From: Azolla caroliniana | Taxonomy: Eukaryota; Plantae; Polypodiophyta | Length of the DNA: 64,000 nucleotides | Assembly (NCBI GenBank): GCA_043228905.1 | Contig: JBHGNT010000016.1 | Span: 18,972,001-19,036,000, forward strand | Reading direction: 5' to 3' | Shown: one piece after another, positions 61,955 to 64,000 of the stretch | Layout of the letters: every line of letters starts with the position of its first letter | Numbering within the stretch: the stretch's first letter is position 1 | The notes under the pieces: generated by a model | What the model was told of the DNA's origin: nothing | Databases searched by the model: none | Seen by the model: the letters and a program-made list of their open reading frames with translations, nothing else | Made by a program: the position numbers and the translations under genes

Positions 61955-62030
61955 TTATTTATTTATTTATTTTCCAAAACAAAAGAACTCCTTGTATTAG
62001 TTATAAAGTTTTTACAACTGTGTGACTGTT

Positions 62031-62078
<48 letters not shown>

Positions 62079-64000
62079 TGGTGAAAACACACAATTATAT
62101 TAATAAATGTGTGTAAAAAACACTACTTACAATGGGTGTGACAATGGAGTATGGTCACCCACTAACTACACTACACTACACGGGTAGTGGAACATGTTGA
62201 ATTGCCAGTAGGCAAGACGAACACTCCACCGAGGAAAGAATTTCCACTTGCTCCAATAAAGAAAATTGCCACATTAGTACTCCCTTCAACTTTCGTAGAT
62301 ATGCTTTCGCTCCATGTCTACCATCAAATACAAAAGCGTTGCGCATATTCCAATTACGACGCAATCCCCAATATCTCAGAAATAGAAAAATGATCCCCAT
62401 ATCTGATTTTGGGTCAACCTGTGTAAATTGTGCAAACACCCACTGTCTAGGTGTCAAATAACACCGTGATAAGACTTGCCAAATTTGAGAAATGTAACTC
62501 CAAATCTGACAAGCAATCGGACATTGTATAAATCGAAGAGTACTATCTTCCATTTGAACAGTGCAAAAAATGCAATTACACTTTGCTAATCCACGACGCT
62601 TTAGAACTAATCCCAAAAGCAATCCTCCAATCAAAACTCTCCAAGTAAAGACCTTTGCTACAAGTGGCAATTTAGAATGTCAACTACGTTGTAAGATCTG
62701 CCACCACCCATGATCAGATTTGTGTATTCTCCATTCTTCTTCAGCCTTAGATGATAACAATCCAAGCGACTCAATAGAGCAATGATACAAAAGATTAGTA
62801 GTCACGTTTGACCCTTTAAACACCAATCAATCCACGGTTGTTCTCCTGTTTGTAGAGGTAAGGGTCCTTACATCAATGGACTATTTTGTAGTTGTTGCCA
62901 AATAAACCCATAATTAGGCGGAATGCGTAAGAATTGCCGCGCTTCAACGAACTCCAAAATTCTTTGAGATGATGCCTCAACTATATCTCCCACCTCTTTG
63001 ACCCCCAAACGAAACAAACGATTACATTGAGAGCGCAATCTCTCCTTTCCTGGCCAACATAATAACCGAGAAGACACGGGCAACTCTTTTTGCAAAGATT
63101 TACAATGCTCTCTACTAGATGATGGTTTCCATACACATAACAAGAGTGCTTCTTGCCATGAGGTAACCAAGTGTTGAACACATGTAGAGGCCGGAATCCT
63201 AAGTGAAACACATCCATTCAGTAATTGCCACCATGAAGCCTTAATTGTTGTCCTCCCATGTGTTAAACCCTTGTTCTCAATGAAATATTGAACAATAGAT
63301 ATCCACGGGTGTGAGTCTGAACACATGTCTTGTAATAATGAAAATCTACGAACCATCATATTCTTAGATAAGTTCAATATTCCAGTTCCTCCCAGCAAAA
63401 TAGAATGCAAAGCCTTCTTTGTCCATGGGAACAATGGCAAGTAATATAATATAATGGGTTCCATAATACATTGTACAACCTTCAAGCGTACATGAAATGG
63501 CCAAGATTGTGACTTCCAATACATGAATGTTACAAATGGTCAATTGATTGATTGGTTGTCTAGTAAGTTGAGGGATAAGTTCATTTCTATTGTTCTCAAT
63601 GAAATATTGAACAATAGATATCCATGGTTGTGAGTCTGAACACATGTCTTGTAATAATGAAAATCTACGAACCATCATATTCTTAGATAAGTTCAATATT
63701 CCAGTTCCTCCCAAGCGCTTAGGGGTTGCAAAATAGAATGCAAAGCCTTCTTTGTCCATGGGAACAATGGCAAGTAATATAATATAATGGGTTCCATAAT
63801 ACATTGTACAACCTTCAAGCGTACATGAAATGGCCAAGATTGTGACTTCCAATACATGAACTTATCCCTCAACTTACTAGACAGCCAATCAATCAATTGA
63901 CCATTTGTAACATTCATTCCTAATGGATAGCCCAAGTGTCGAAAAATAGAGTCTTTCTTCACCACAAATCCTTGCAATCCTAAACGTTCCAAATCCCTTT
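61955..64000 (-). mobile_element. L1-type LINE 3' portion (runs off the window end) with an internal duplication and inversion
   Basis: FRHLGYPLG, GGTGILNL and the zf-RVT-like KVFTWRVLIGGL..CIFC..QCP. A (AAAT)n-like tail lies at ~61955-61975 on the minus strand. Confidence 0.85.

Overview
Eukaryotic, repeat-rich nuclear DNA, most likely from a seed-free land plant such as a fern or lycophyte. This is inferred from GT-AG introns, plant-type LSG1 and SNX2 genes, plant Copia and L1 elements, and a retained HslU gene. There are three intact host genes. (1) A 14-15-exon bacterial-type HslU/ClpY protease ATPase (+, 17671-27214) with an N-terminus resembling a mitochondrial presequence; the ORF track misses it almost entirely. 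(2) The large-subunit GTPase LSG1 (-, 29322-33203). (3) Sorting nexin 2 (-, 58380-61094). A tRNA-Ser(GCT) lies at 34855-34936. The rest is nested transposon debris: several L1-type LINEs, a structurally complete Ty1/Copia (45775-51258, AGAGG TSD) inserted antisense into a related element, and three solo LTRs with visible TSDs. A ~2 kb array of ~51-bp near-perfect palindromes with A/T spacers (9120-11100) is not explained by the other features; a shorter related patch occurs at ~39200. Gene models were spliced by eye, and boundaries of degenerate repeats are approximate.
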